A stretch of 64,000 nucleotides of DNA from an uncultured cyanobacterium. Lineage in GTDB: Bacteria > Cyanobacteriota > Cyanobacteriia > PCC-6307 > Cyanobiaceae. The translations under genes were made by a program, and so were the position numbers. The DNA is taken from positions 320,001-384,000 of the forward strand of contig CAVXWZ010000002.1 in NCBI GenBank assembly GCA_963765575.1, in the 5' to 3' direction. The notes beneath the pieces are model-generated. The model saw only the letters and a program-made list of their open reading frames with translations. It searched no databases and was not told the origin of the DNA. Shown one piece after another: positions 29,865-39,748 of this stretch (its first letter is position 1; each line of letters begins with the position of its first letter).

Positions 29865-32800
29865 CAGCTGTCGGCCACCGATGCCTGATCTGCTGGCTGG
29901 TCGTCGTCTCGCCCTCGAGCGAAGAACTGCTTCATCACCACATAGAACACCGGCACCACCAGCAGGGACAGCACGGTGGCCACCAACAGCCCCCCGAAAA
30001 CCACCGTTCCCAGCGAGGACTGACTACGGGCCCCTGCACCGGAAGCCAGCACCAGTGGCAGGAAACCGAACAGCGACGAGATCGCGGTCATCAGGATCGG
30101 CCGCAGGCGCGTCTGGGCCGCCTCGCGGGCCGCGACGACGGCTGTCGCCCCAAGAGCCATGCGCTGGTTGGCTAGGTCCACGATCAGGATCCCATTCTTG
30201 GCGGCCAGACCGATGAGCATCACCAAACCCACCTGTGCGTAAACGTTCAGCACCTCACCGCGGATGGCCAGGAAGATCAGGGCACCCAGCATGGCCGTGG
30301 GCACCGTCATCAAGATGATCAGGGGATCAGAGTAGCTTTCATACTGCGCTGAAAGCACAAGAAAGACCACCAGAATTCCAAGCGCAAAAATCACGATTGC
30401 CAGGGCTCCAGCCTTCACCTCTTCACGCGAGATACCAGTCCAGTCATACCCGAGACCCTGGACATTCAGCTGATCAAACTGTGCGCGGATGGTGTTGATG
30501 GCATCGCCAGAACTGTTACCGGGCGCAGCGGAACCCTCCACTTTGATGCCGCGGTACAGGTTGAATCGGGGGATGATCGAAGGGCCGGTGGTGGGGCGAA
30601 CAGTAAAAATCTCTGCCAGCGGGACCTGGCCACCGGAATCATTCCGAACGAAGAGTTCTGAAAGAGACTCAGGGGTTGCCCTGTAGGCATCATCAGCCTG
30701 GATATAAACCCTGCGGGCCTTCCCCTCTTCAAAGGTATCATTCACATAGGATCCTCCAAAGTAAATGCTGAAGGTGCTCATCGCATCCCCGTAGTCGATG
30801 CCAAGTGCCGCCATACGATCGCGATCCACGGTCACCTCAAGCTGTGGCGCCTCTGGCGAGAACTGGGTGAAGACACGGCTGAACACCCCCGTCTGGGTAG
30901 CATTTCGAATCAACGTATTGGCCTGCTCGGCAAGCTGGCTCAACGAGAACGCACCTCCACTCTGATCAAGAAGCTGCAGTTCAAAGCCTCCACCGGTGCC
31001 ATAGCCGGGAACCGCTGGAGGCTCCACAACGAAAACCCTGGCATCCTCAACTGACTGGAGCTTGCGGTTCAAGCGCTCGACAATGGCCCCGACACTGCGC
31101 TGCGGATCTTGTCGCTGATCCCAGTTTTCAGTGCCGACGAAGAAGATTCCTTTATTCGGTGAGTTACCGTCGAGGCTAGCACCACTGAAAATCGCAGCGT
31201 TTCTCAAACCATTGTCTTTCTCAGTTCGCATAATTTCGGCGACCTTCTGATTGATGGCTTGGGTTCGCTCCAAAGAAACCCCATCGGATGCCTGCACGAA
31301 TCCAATCGCATAGCCCTGATCTTCGATCGGAACAAAGCCCGAAGGCATGGCATTGAAGGCAACCCCGGTCAGGGTCACACCTCCCACCAGAATCCCCATC
31401 ACAATGCGACGATGCTCAAGCGCCCAGCTCAGCAGACTCTTGTAACCACCTTCGACGCGTTCATAGACCCGATTGAAGCCGGCAAAGATCGGCTCCACGA
31501 ACAAACCGAGCCCCAGGCCAATGGCTGTGAACAGCACGACCGGAAAAAGGTTGGGCACACCGCCAAACACAAGGCCCAGAGCCGCCCCACCGATGGTGAA
31601 GGGAAGCCGCAACGGCAATTGGGTGATCAGCTTGAGAGCGAAGCCCAGAAGCAGTCCAACCAAGGTGGCGATCAGCACCGAAATAGTGCCGCCTCCGGCA
31701 GAGAGCAGGCCGTAGACAAAACCGACAAAGCCACCGGCGATGGCGTAGGTGCGTCTGCTGGGCTTGCCCGTATCCAAGCCCAGCAGGAGGCCTGAGAGCA
31801 TGGGCGAGAACGTGAGGGCGTTGAAGGTGGAGACCGAGATCGAAAAAATGATCGTGGCCGCGAATTGCTTGTAAATCGTGCCAGTGGCGCCAGGAAAGAA
31901 AAGAACCGGTATAAACACCGCAAAAAGCACAAGCGACGTGGCGATAACTGCAGAGAAGAGCTCATCCATCGTGGCCTTAGCAGCACCCACTGCCGTCATG
32001 CCCTCCTGCTTCTTTGTCGTGGTATCTTCAATCACGGTGATCGCGTCGTCTACAACCAACCCGGTGGCCAGCACCAGTCCGAAAAGGGTGAGCTGATTGA
32101 GCGAGAATCCTGCCACCAGGACACCTGCAAAGGTTCCGATCAGGGCAACTGGGATCGCGATTCCCGGTACCAGCGTTGATTTCCAATCCTGTAGAAAAAG
32201 AAACAGCACCAGGACCACCAACACCACCGCATCACGCAGGGCATCGGCCACACCGCGAATGGAAGCATTGATGAAGTCGGTGGTGTCATAGATCTTCTCC
32301 ACTTTGATGCCGGGTGGCAGTGTGGCAACGAAGTCATCAACAACCTGCTGAACACCCGAAGAGACGTCCACCGCATTGCTACCACTCAACTGATACAGAG
32401 CCATTCCCACTGAAGGAACCCCGTTCAGGTCTGTGGCGGAAATGTTGAAAGTTTCACCACCGAGTGAAACGCGCCCCACATCCTTTAGTCGCACCAGAGA
32501 TCCATCCCCCATGCGCTTGAGGATCATATTTTCGAACTCTTCCAGCGAACGCAACCTGCCCTGCAGTTGGACCGTGAAGGTGAACGGTTGCCCCTGGGGT
32601 GAGGGTTCACCACCCACCTGGCCCGCTGGCACCAGCCGATTCTGACTCTGCAGGGCCGCACGCACATCTGCAGATGTGAGGTCATTGGAGATGAGTTGAT
32701 TGGGATCCAGCCAGATCCTGTAGGCCAGCTGTCGGTTGCCGAAATAGGTCAGCGATCCGACGCCCCTGACACGACGGATAGGGTCGGTGAGATTCTGATC

Positions 32801-33286
32801 AAGAATCCCCGAGAGATATTCAGCACTAAAGGGATTTTCCGCGTCTTCGGATGTAAAGTTATAAACGAGTAGGATAGAGTTTGATGCCTTCTCGACCGTG
32901 ACGCCCGTCTGGCGAACTTCCTGGGGCAGCCTCGGCTCAGCGAGAGAAACCTTGTTCTGAACGTTGACCTGATTAATATCGCCATCCGTGCCACTAGCGA
33001 ATGAAACGGTGATACTGGAAACACCATCCGCCGAGCTGTTGGAGGTAATGAACTCCATGTCCTGAACACCATTGATCTGCTGCTCAAGCACCGACGTGAC
33101 CCCTTCCTCCACGGATGTGGCATCCGCGCCTGGATAGGTGGCCCTCACCGTGACCGTGGGGGGGGCGATGTCAGGGAGGTTCTCCACCGGCAGCACCGGT
33201 ATGGAGATCAGACCGACGAGCACAATCAGCAGGCTGCAGACAGTGGTCAGGACTGGTCGGGTGATGAAATTGTTGGAAGGAGACAT
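29864..33286 (-). CDS. RND efflux permease (AcrB/HAE1-like)
   Basis: FITRPV, GLVVDDAI, IGLAAKNGILIV, RLRPILMT; extra hydrophobic insert mid-protein. Confidence 0.95.
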   Translation of the reverse strand: MSPSNNFITRPVLTTVCSLLIVLVGLISIPVLPVENLPDIAPPTVTVRATYPGADATSVEEGVTSVLEQQINGVQDMEFITSNSSADGVSSITVSFASGTDGDINQVNVQNKVSLAEPRLPQEVRQTGVTVEKASNSILLVYNFTSEDAENPFSAEYLSGILDQNLTDPIRRVRGVGSLTYFGNRQLAYRIWLDPNQLISNDLTSADVRAALQSQNRLVPAGQVGGEPSPQGQPFTFTVQLQGRLRSLEEFENMILKRMGDGSLVRLKDVGRVSLGGETFNISATDLNGVPSVGMALYQLSGSNAVDVSSGVQQVVDDFVATLPPGIKVEKIYDTTDFINASIRGVADALRDAVVLVVLVLFLFLQDWKSTLVPGIAIPVALIGTFAGVLVAGFSLNQLTLFGLVLATGLVVDDAITVIEDTTTKKQEGMTAVGAAKATMDELFSAVIATSLVLFAVFIPVLFFPGATGTIYKQFAATIIFSISVSTFNALTFSPMLSGLLLGLDTGKPSRRTYAIAGGFVGFVYGLLSAGGGTISVLIATLVGLLLGFALKLITQLPLRLPFTIGGAALGLVFGGVPNLFPVVLFTAIGLGLGLFVEPIFAGFNRVYERVEGGYKSLLSWALEHRRIVMGILVGGVTLTGVAFNAMPSGFVPIEDQGYAIGFVQASDGVSLERTQAINQKVAEIMRTEKDNGLRNAAIFSGASLDGNSPNKGIFFVGTENWDQRQDPQRSVGAIVERLNRKLQSVEDARVFVVEPPAVPGYGTGGGFELQLLDQSGGAFSLSQLAEQANTLIRNATQTGVFSRVFTQFSPEAPQLEVTVDRDRMAALGIDYGDAMSTFSIYFGGSYVNDTFEEGKARRVYIQADDAYRATPESLSELFVRNDSGGQVPLAEIFTVRPTTGPSIIPRFNLYRGIKVEGSAAPGNSSGDAINTIRAQFDQLNVQGLGYDWTGISREEVKAGALAIVIFALGILVVFLVLSAQYESYSDPLIILMTVPTAMLGALIFLAIRGEVLNVYAQVGLVMLIGLAAKNGILIVDLANQRMALGATAVVAAREAAQTRLRPILMTAISSLFGFLPLVLASGAGARSQSSLGTVVFGGLLVATVLSLLVVPVFYVVMKQFFARGRDDDQPADQASVADS

Positions 33287-33297
33287 TGCTCAGGGCC

Positions 33298-34392
33298 TCA
33301 CTTCACAAACACCGGCGTTCCATGCCGGAGTTTGATCAGATTGGTGGTGATCACCCGCTCTCCCTGCTGCAGGCCCTTGAGCACCGGGTAGCGATCGCCC
33401 TGCACAGAGCCCAGTTCCACTGGGGTTTGCAGCGCATAGGTGCCGTCAGCGGCCAATGAAGCCAGCTGATCCTGGTTGAGTTGCCCAGGATTGGCCTTGA
33501 GATCCTCGAGGCTGCCAACACGGAACACGAAGCTCTGTCCCGAAGTTTGGGTGGCGGCGCTGAAGGGAATCGACAGCTGCTGGCGGGTTTCGAAGACCAG
33601 CCGGGTGCGCAGACGCATGCCATTGCGCAGGTTCGGCCCGGGATTCTGGAATGGCATCGTCACCAGCAAGCCCTGGGTGTCGGCGGTCACATTGGGATCC
33701 ACAAAGCTCACCTGACCGCTGGCCAGGGTGCCCCCTCCGGTGGGGGACTCCACGAACACCTGCTGGCCACGCCGGACGCGAGAGGCGTACACCGCCGGGA
33801 CTTCGACACGGACCTGGAGGCGGTCGTTGCGGATCAGGCTGGTGAATGGGGCGCCTTCGCTGATCACATCCCCCACCTTCACCTGCACGTCACTGACGAC
33901 ACCCGTGATCGGTGCACGCAGATCCTTGAAGCCGAGATCGGCTTGGCGGGCCACCACATTGGCCTGCGACTGCACAAAGGCCTCCCGAAAGCGGTCCCTC
34001 TGAAAGGCGCTTGCCGCACCCTGCTCCTCCAGGAATTCGAAGCGCCTGAAGTCGATCCGGTTCTGCTCCATGGTGGCGCGGGCGGACGCCAGCTCAGCCC
34101 GCAGCTGGGTCTGATCCAGCACCACCAGCAGCTGGCCAGCCTGAACCACATCGCCTTCGCTCACGAGAAGCTGTTCGATGCGGCCGCCGGCACGGGCGGC
34201 TAGGGACACCTTGGCCACCGACTCCAGGGTGCCGACGGTGTTGAGCTGGTCGGCAAACGGTGCCGCCGCCACCGGCATGCCCTCAACGGACACTACGGCC
34301 GCCTGTGGTGTCTCCTGCTTACCGCCACAGGCCACCAGAACAGGCAGAGCCAAGCTGGTCAGGGCCATGGAGGAAATCCTGCGAACGAGCAC
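33298..34392 (-). CDS. RND periplasmic adaptor (membrane fusion protein), lipoprotein
   Basis: LVACG lipobox; lipoyl/hairpin pattern (EGDVVQAGQLL, LRAPITGVV). Confidence 0.9.
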   Translation of the reverse strand: MLVRRISSMALTSLALPVLVACGGKQETPQAAVVSVEGMPVAAAPFADQLNTVGTLESVAKVSLAARAGGRIEQLLVSEGDVVQAGQLLVVLDQTQLRAELASARATMEQNRIDFRRFEFLEEQGAASAFQRDRFREAFVQSQANVVARQADLGFKDLRAPITGVVSDVQVKVGDVISEGAPFTSLIRNDRLQVRVEVPAVYASRVRRGQQVFVESPTGGGTLASGQVSFVDPNVTADTQGLLVTMPFQNPGPNLRNGMRLRTRLVFETRQQLSIPFSAATQTSGQSFVFRVGSLEDLKANPGQLNQDQLASLAADGTYALQTPVELGSVQGDRYPVLKGLQQGERVITTNLIKLRHGTPVFVK

Positions 34393-34520
34393 TCACCACC
34401 AGCAAACGGAGTCATTGTGACGGCAGATCGGCGCGCGGGCGACCCTTATGTCGCGCTCCGGAATCCAATGGCCAGGCAGGGCTGCCGGTGGAGAGCAGGT
34501 CCAGGGGATGATGGACAGCG

Positions 34521-36746
34521 GTGACCGACCTCTTCAGCCACCAACGCGATTCGCGCCTGCGTCAGCTGGCGCCCCTGGCGGATCGGTTGCGCCCCCGCAC
34601 ACTGGACGAGTTTGTGGGCCAGGAGGCGATCCTCGGGCCCGGCCGGCTGCTGCGCCGCGCCATCACCGCGGACCGGGTGGGCAACCTGATCCTGCACGGC
34701 CCCCCCGGGGTGGGCAAGACCACCCTGGCGCGGATTATCGCCGGCACCACCCGCGCCCATTTCAGCAGCCTCAACGCGGTGCTGGCCGGGGTGAAGGATC
34801 TGCGCGCGGAGGTGGACGCCGCCCGCCAGCGGCTGGAGCTGCACGGCCTGCGCACGACGCTGTTCATCGATGAGGTGCACCGCTTCAACACCGCCCAGCA
34901 GGACGCCCTGCTCCCCTGGGTGGAGAACGGCACCGTGAACCTGATCGGGGCCACCACCGAAAACCCGTTCTTTGAAGTGAACAAGGCGCTGGTGAGCCGC
35001 TCGCGTCTGTTTCGCATGCAGCCCCTCGAACAGCGGCACCTGCACCTGCTGCTGGAGCGGGCCCTGGCCGATCCCGACCGGGGCTACGGCGAGCGGACCG
35101 TGACGATCGGCGCCGAGGCGGCGGCACACCTGGTGGACGTGGCCGGCGGCGATGCCCGCAGCCTGCTCAACGCCCTGGAACTGGCGGTGGAGACCACGGA
35201 GCCCGATGGCAACGGCACCATCGCCATCGATCTGGCGATCGCCGAGGAATCGATCCAGCAGCGGGCGGTGCTCTACGACAAGCAGGGAGACGCCCACTTC
35301 GACACCATCAGCGCCTTCATCAAGTCGCTGCGCGGCAGCGATGCCGACGCCGCCCTGTTCTGGCTGGCGCGGATGGTGGAGGCGGGTGAGAACCCCCGCT
35401 TCATCTTTCGCCGCATGCTCATCGCCGCCGGCGAGGACATCGGCCTGGCCGATCCCCAGGCCATTGTGGTGGTGGAGGCCTGCGCGGCGGCCTTCGAGCG
35501 GGTCGGCCTGCCGGAGGGGCTCTATCCCCTGGCCCAGGCGGCCCTGTATCTGGCCGGGGCGGAGAAGAGCAACAGCATCCTCGGCTTCTTCGATGCGGTG
35601 AAGAGCGTGCGCGCCACCAGCCGCCAGCAGGTTCCCGCCCACCTCCGGGACGCCAACCGCGACGGCCGCGCCTTCGGCGATGGGGTGGGCTACCGCTACC
35701 CCCACGCCTACGGGGAGCACTGGGTGGCCCAGCAGTACCTGCCCAGCCAGCTGCAGGGCGAGGTGTTCTGGCAGCCGGGTCAGCTGGGCTGGGAGGGTGC
35801 CCTGCGCCAGCGCCTGCAACAGCGTCGGGCCGCCCAGCTGGCGGCGGCGGCCGAAACGGCCCACGAACGGGGAAGCGACGTGCTCAGCAGCGGGCCGGAT
35901 GATCCCCAGCTGGAGCGCTGGCTGCAGCGGCAGGCGGCCAGCGAGGGCGCCCGCCTCGACAACCTGCGGCAACGCTTCTGGGCTGGGGCTGCCTGGCAGC
36001 GCCACGATCGGGTGCTGCTGCTCGATGGCCGCTCCCTGCTCTGGGCCCTGGACCCGCTCCAGGCCACCCCGGAGGGCGGAGTCACGATCGTGGTGGCTGA
36101 CGAAGCCGTGGCCGAGCGCCTGCGGGCCCAGCTGCAGGTGCTGGATACGCTGCGCAGGCCCGATCTGGTGGTGTCAGCCGATCAGCCCCCGGCCAGCCTG
36201 GCGGCAGCCTGCGGCGGCGGGACCTTCGAGTGGATCGCGATGCGGCGGGTGGGGCAGGAGCCGAGCTTGAGGTGGATCCAGGGCTGGCTGCGGGCACGCA
36301 TGCCCCTGCTGGCAGCGCAGGGCCAGTGGCGTCTGCTGTTCAGCCAGCCGCTGCTCGGGCCGGTGAGCGCCCTGGTCAGGGAGCAATCCCCGCAGCCGGA
36401 TGCAGCCGACCCCCTGGGGCAAGCGCTGGCGGCCGAGAGCGCTGCAGTGCAAGAGCAGGCGCTCGGCCTGAGTCGCTGGGAGGGTGCGCTCAACGCTGAA
36501 GGCCTGTCGCTGCAGTCGGAGACCTGGAATGAAACCCTCGAACTGAAGCTCGACGAGGGCCTGCTGGCCCGCTGGCTTGATCCGGCAGGGGCCTACCGCC
36601 GCCAGCTCAGGGGCCTCAGCGATTCCGCCTTCAACAGTGTGGGCAAGCAGCTGGGCCGCCATGAAGGACAGCGTGTGCCCCAGGAACTGCGGCACACGCT
36701 GATGGTGGCCCGCAGGCCATCGGCTTCATCATCCCAGCGGCGTTAG
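34521..36746 (+). CDS. rarA: Replication-associated recombination protein A (RarA/MgsA) with long C-terminal extension
   Basis: APLADRLRP, GPPGVGKTT, FIDEVHRFN, ATTENP, SAFIKSLRGSD, EDIGLADP. Confidence 0.92.
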   Translation: MTDLFSHQRDSRLRQLAPLADRLRPRTLDEFVGQEAILGPGRLLRRAITADRVGNLILHGPPGVGKTTLARIIAGTTRAHFSSLNAVLAGVKDLRAEVDAARQRLELHGLRTTLFIDEVHRFNTAQQDALLPWVENGTVNLIGATTENPFFEVNKALVSRSRLFRMQPLEQRHLHLLLERALADPDRGYGERTVTIGAEAAAHLVDVAGGDARSLLNALELAVETTEPDGNGTIAIDLAIAEESIQQRAVLYDKQGDAHFDTISAFIKSLRGSDADAALFWLARMVEAGENPRFIFRRMLIAAGEDIGLADPQAIVVVEACAAAFERVGLPEGLYPLAQAALYLAGAEKSNSILGFFDAVKSVRATSRQQVPAHLRDANRDGRAFGDGVGYRYPHAYGEHWVAQQYLPSQLQGEVFWQPGQLGWEGALRQRLQQRRAAQLAAAAETAHERGSDVLSSGPDDPQLERWLQRQAASEGARLDNLRQRFWAGAAWQRHDRVLLLDGRSLLWALDPLQATPEGGVTIVVADEAVAERLRAQLQVLDTLRRPDLVVSADQPPASLAAACGGGTFEWIAMRRVGQEPSLRWIQGWLRARMPLLAAQGQWRLLFSQPLLGPVSALVREQSPQPDAADPLGQALAAESAAVQEQALGLSRWEGALNAEGLSLQSETWNETLELKLDEGLLARWLDPAGAYRRQLRGLSDSAFNSVGKQLGRHEGQRVPQELRHTLMVARRPSASSSQRR

Positions 36747-36765
36747 AGCGCCGCTGGGAGCTGGA

Positions 36766-37443
36766 TCACCAGAGGCCGCGGATGACCTGAGGCTGGGGCA
36801 TCATCGGCTGGGGAGCTGGGGTGGTGCGACGCACCTCGGCAACAGGAGCGGATTCCTGGTTGGCCTCGATGCAGGCCGGGAGGAAGACGTACCAGGAGAG
36901 CAGGGAGGTGCACTGGGCCTCACCCTGGCACTGGCCCTCAGCACAGACGTTCTGGGAGCCGGTGTAGGTGCCGCAGAAATCGGCCAGGCGCATGTCCACC
37001 GGCAGATTGGTCATGATCCCGGCCGAAGAGATGCTGCCATCACTGGCGTCAGCGATGATCGCCGAGCGCAGGGCCTGAACCGAATACTCGGTCTTGCTGT
37101 GGTACGGGAAGTAGCTGGTGGTCTGGTTCTTCAGGAAGCGCACACCCTCGTCGGAGTAGAGGAAGCGGTGCACCCCGATCAAGTCGACGTCGTACGACTT
37201 TTGGAGGCCCTCGCGCACCTCGTCGTCGCTCCAGCCGGAGAGATCGAGACCGCCCCGCAGACCCCGGTCAGTGACCTCACCGGTTTCGAGGAAGGTGGTC
37301 ATGGCCTCGGCGTCGGTGGACCAGACGGCCCCACCGGTGTTCCAACGCACGGGCAGGTCGTTGTCGACGGCGGCGGAAGCGGGCAGGGCGGAGGCCGTGA
37401 GTGCCGAGCCCACCACGAGGCCGGCCAGCAGATGCTTGATCAC
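36766..37443 (-). CDS. Exported protein, DUF1400-like, with Cys-rich C-terminus
   Basis: Signal peptide ending ASA-A; FLETGE, ALRSAIIADA; start uncertain. Confidence 0.6.
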   Translation of the reverse strand: MIKHLLAGLVVGSALTASALPASAAVDNDLPVRWNTGGAVWSTDAEAMTTFLETGEVTDRGLRGGLDLSGWSDDEVREGLQKSYDVDLIGVHRFLYSDEGVRFLKNQTTSYFPYHSKTEYSVQALRSAIIADASDGSISSAGIMTNLPVDMRLADFCGTYTGSQNVCAEGQCQGEAQCTSLLSWYVFLPACIEANQESAPVAEVRRTTPAPQPMMPQPQVIRGLW

Positions 37444-37532
37444 GGGAGCAGAAGGTGGATGCATTCCGGAATCTAAACAGCACTGACAGATCTGCCAACG
37501 AGCCGCAAGTTGGATCAAGACATCGACACAAT

Positions 37533-37570
37533 CCACCGCTCGTGATGCCCACCGCTCGTGATGCCCACCG
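37533..37570. repeat. 16-bp tandem repeat, ~2.4 copies
   Basis: CCACCGCTCGTGATGC x2 + CCACCG. Confidence 0.9.
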
Positions 37571-37706
37571 GGCTGATCCAAAAGAGATGCATGTCAAGGG
37601 TCGGTTTCCGCCCTGGAGCCGTGCCGGGGCGCTGCCCACCGCCGGCGACTGGGCCCTGATCCAGGCGCACCTCCCCTAGGCTCCGGCCACCCTCATCCCC
37701 CCTCTG

Positions 37707-38174
37707 ATGGCCCTGGAGCCCGGCGCCAGCGCACCCGATTTCTCCCTTCCTGATCAGGACGGCAACGCCGTGAGCCTTGCCGACCTGCGCGGGCAACGGG
37801 TGGTGATTTACTTCTACCCCAAGGACGACACGCCAGGCTGCACCAAAGAAGCCTGCAACTTTCGTGACCAGTGGAGCGCCTTCGAGCAGCACGGCATCAA
37901 AGTGCTGGGGATCAGCAAGGACGGCGCCGCCAGCCATACCAAGTTCATCGCCAAATACGAGCTGCCCTTCACCCTGCTCACGGACGCTGAACCCTGTCCG
38001 GTGGCCACGGCCTACGGCAGCTATGGCCCCAAGACCTTCATGGGCCGCGACTACATGGGCATGATGCGGCACACCTTCGTGGTGGACCCCGACGGCCTGG
38101 TCGAGCGCGTCTACACCAAGGTGAAGGCCGAGACCATGGCCGACATGATCCTCAGCGACCTGGGCCTCAGCTGA
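37707..38174 (+). CDS. bcp: Peroxiredoxin Bcp/PrxQ
   Basis: YFYPKDDTPGCTKEACNFRD. Confidence 0.95.
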   Translation: MALEPGASAPDFSLPDQDGNAVSLADLRGQRVVIYFYPKDDTPGCTKEACNFRDQWSAFEQHGIKVLGISKDGAASHTKFIAKYELPFTLLTDAEPCPVATAYGSYGPKTFMGRDYMGMMRHTFVVDPDGLVERVYTKVKAETMADMILSDLGLS

Positions 38175-38943
38175 GCTCGCTCGGGGTGCTGAGGCCCGCC
38201 AGGGCCTGGAGCGCCAGGCAGGGCGCATAGGCACTCCCCAGTCGTGCCGCAATCCAGGCGCCATCGCCGCCGGTGATCCAGAGCCGGCAGTCGGCCTGGC
38301 TGGCGCGGGCCTGCTGCCAGGCCTGACCCACGGCCGCCACCAGCCCTTCCCTCACCCCCAGGTCCATGGCTGCGGCGGTGGCCCGGGGCCAGGGAGTGGG
38401 GGGGGCGCTGGCCGCATCGCGAGGCTGCTCCCGGGCGGCGGTGGGCAGGGCGGGAAGCTGATCGGTCCCGCTGGCCAGCGCACGCAACTGCAGCGCCAGG
38501 CCGGCCTGGATGCGACCGCCCACGAAACACCCGCGGCCATCCACCAGGGTGAAGCTCAGGGCGGTGCCGGCATCGACCACGAGCACGGGCGCGTGGCTGG
38601 ATCGCCAGGCCTGCCAGCCCACCAGGGCCCGATCGATCCCCAGCCAGGGGGGCAGCTGCTGAAGCGGTACCCGGCTGAGCGTGATCCGGGAGCGCCGCTC
38701 CAGCCCAGCATTCGGCGGCAGCGGGCCGACCGCCGCCCAGCCCAGCAGCTGTGGCCAGCGCTGGGGCCGCTCGGGCTCGGCCCTGTCGTCCCCCTGGCGG
38801 GGTGGCGGCACGCTCCAGCAATGCAGTCGCTCCGGCCCGGGGTGGGCGAAGTGCCAGCGGCTGTTGCCGATCAGCAGCCAGCGGGCCGATCCAGGGGCCT
38901 TGCTAGGCCCGGGACCGGCGCCATCGCCATCAGATGCCTTCAC
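38167..38943 (-). CDS. coaX: Type III pantothenate kinase
   Basis: LLIGNSRWH, LGIDRAL, VVDAGTALS, ITGGDG. Confidence 0.85.
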   Translation of the reverse strand: MKASDGDGAGPGPSKAPGSARWLLIGNSRWHFAHPGPERLHCWSVPPPRQGDDRAEPERPQRWPQLLGWAAVGPLPPNAGLERRSRITLSRVPLQQLPPWLGIDRALVGWQAWRSSHAPVLVVDAGTALSFTLVDGRGCFVGGRIQAGLALQLRALASGTDQLPALPTAAREQPRDAASAPPTPWPRATAAAMDLGVREGLVAAVGQAWQQARASQADCRLWITGGDGAWIAARLGSAYAPCLALQALAGLSTPSELS

Positions 38944-39697
38944 CCATCAGGCCGGGCAGGTGGATGCCGCACTCCTGCTTGAGACCCCCGAAGCGGGTCT
39001 GGCGACCGTTCTGGGAGCCGTTGTCAGGGGCGCTGGAGTGCCAGTCGCCGACGCTGGAATACCCCTGCTCAAAGAGGGGGTGCTGGGGCAGGTCGTGGTC
39101 CTGCATGTAGTAAAAAATATCGCGGTGCGTCCAGCTCAACAGCGGGCGCAGTGACCAGCTCTGGCGCACGCCATCAAGCACCGCCATGGAACGGCGGTGG
39201 TCGGTCTGGCTGCCGCGGACGCCGCTGGCCCAGCAGGTGACCCCGAGGGCGCGGAGGGCGCGGTCCAGGGGCTCCACCTTGCGAATCCGGTGGTAGAGCT
39301 CCATATCCTCCACTCGCCCCGTCTCCCAGAGACGGCCGTGCAGGGCCTCCATGCGGGCAGGGCTCATCTCCGCCTGGGCCACATGCAGGTCGAGCTGGAG
39401 CAGGTCGCGGATCTGTTCGGCGTAGCGGTAGGTCTCGGCTGGCAGATACCCCGTATCCACCCACACCACCGGCACGACGCAGCCCCGCTCGCGGGCCAGG
39501 CGGGTGACCAGATGCAGCAGCACCGCTGACTGGATGCCGAAGCTGGTGGTGATCGCAAAGCCATCGGCAAAGCGCTCCTGCGCCCAGCGCAGCCGCCCGT
39601 AGGCATCGCGCTCCGCCAGCAACTCACGGGCTGCCTCTAAAACCACGGGCTGGCCCTCGTGGTCGCGGGGGAGGGTCTGGGCCGGGGCGGTGACCAT
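38930..39697 (-). CDS. cysH: PAPS reductase
   Basis: TTSFGIQSAV, DTGYLP, RKVEP, GYSSVGD, ECGIH. Confidence 0.95.
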   Translation of the reverse strand: MVTAPAQTLPRDHEGQPVVLEAARELLAERDAYGRLRWAQERFADGFAITTSFGIQSAVLLHLVTRLARERGCVVPVVWVDTGYLPAETYRYAEQIRDLLQLDLHVAQAEMSPARMEALHGRLWETGRVEDMELYHRIRKVEPLDRALRALGVTCWASGVRGSQTDHRRSMAVLDGVRQSWSLRPLLSWTHRDIFYYMQDHDLPQHPLFEQGYSSVGDWHSSAPDNGSQNGRQTRFGGLKQECGIHLPGLMGEGI

Positions 39698-39748
39698 GGC
39701 GCCATCATCACTCCCTGACCGCAGCGCTGGTTAGGGTTCAGCTCAGAG

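Noticed and set aside
37533..37570. CRISPR array (also considered for 56360-56404 and the attC series)
   Set aside because: Repeats are contiguous without spacers or are non-identical attC sites; no cas genes
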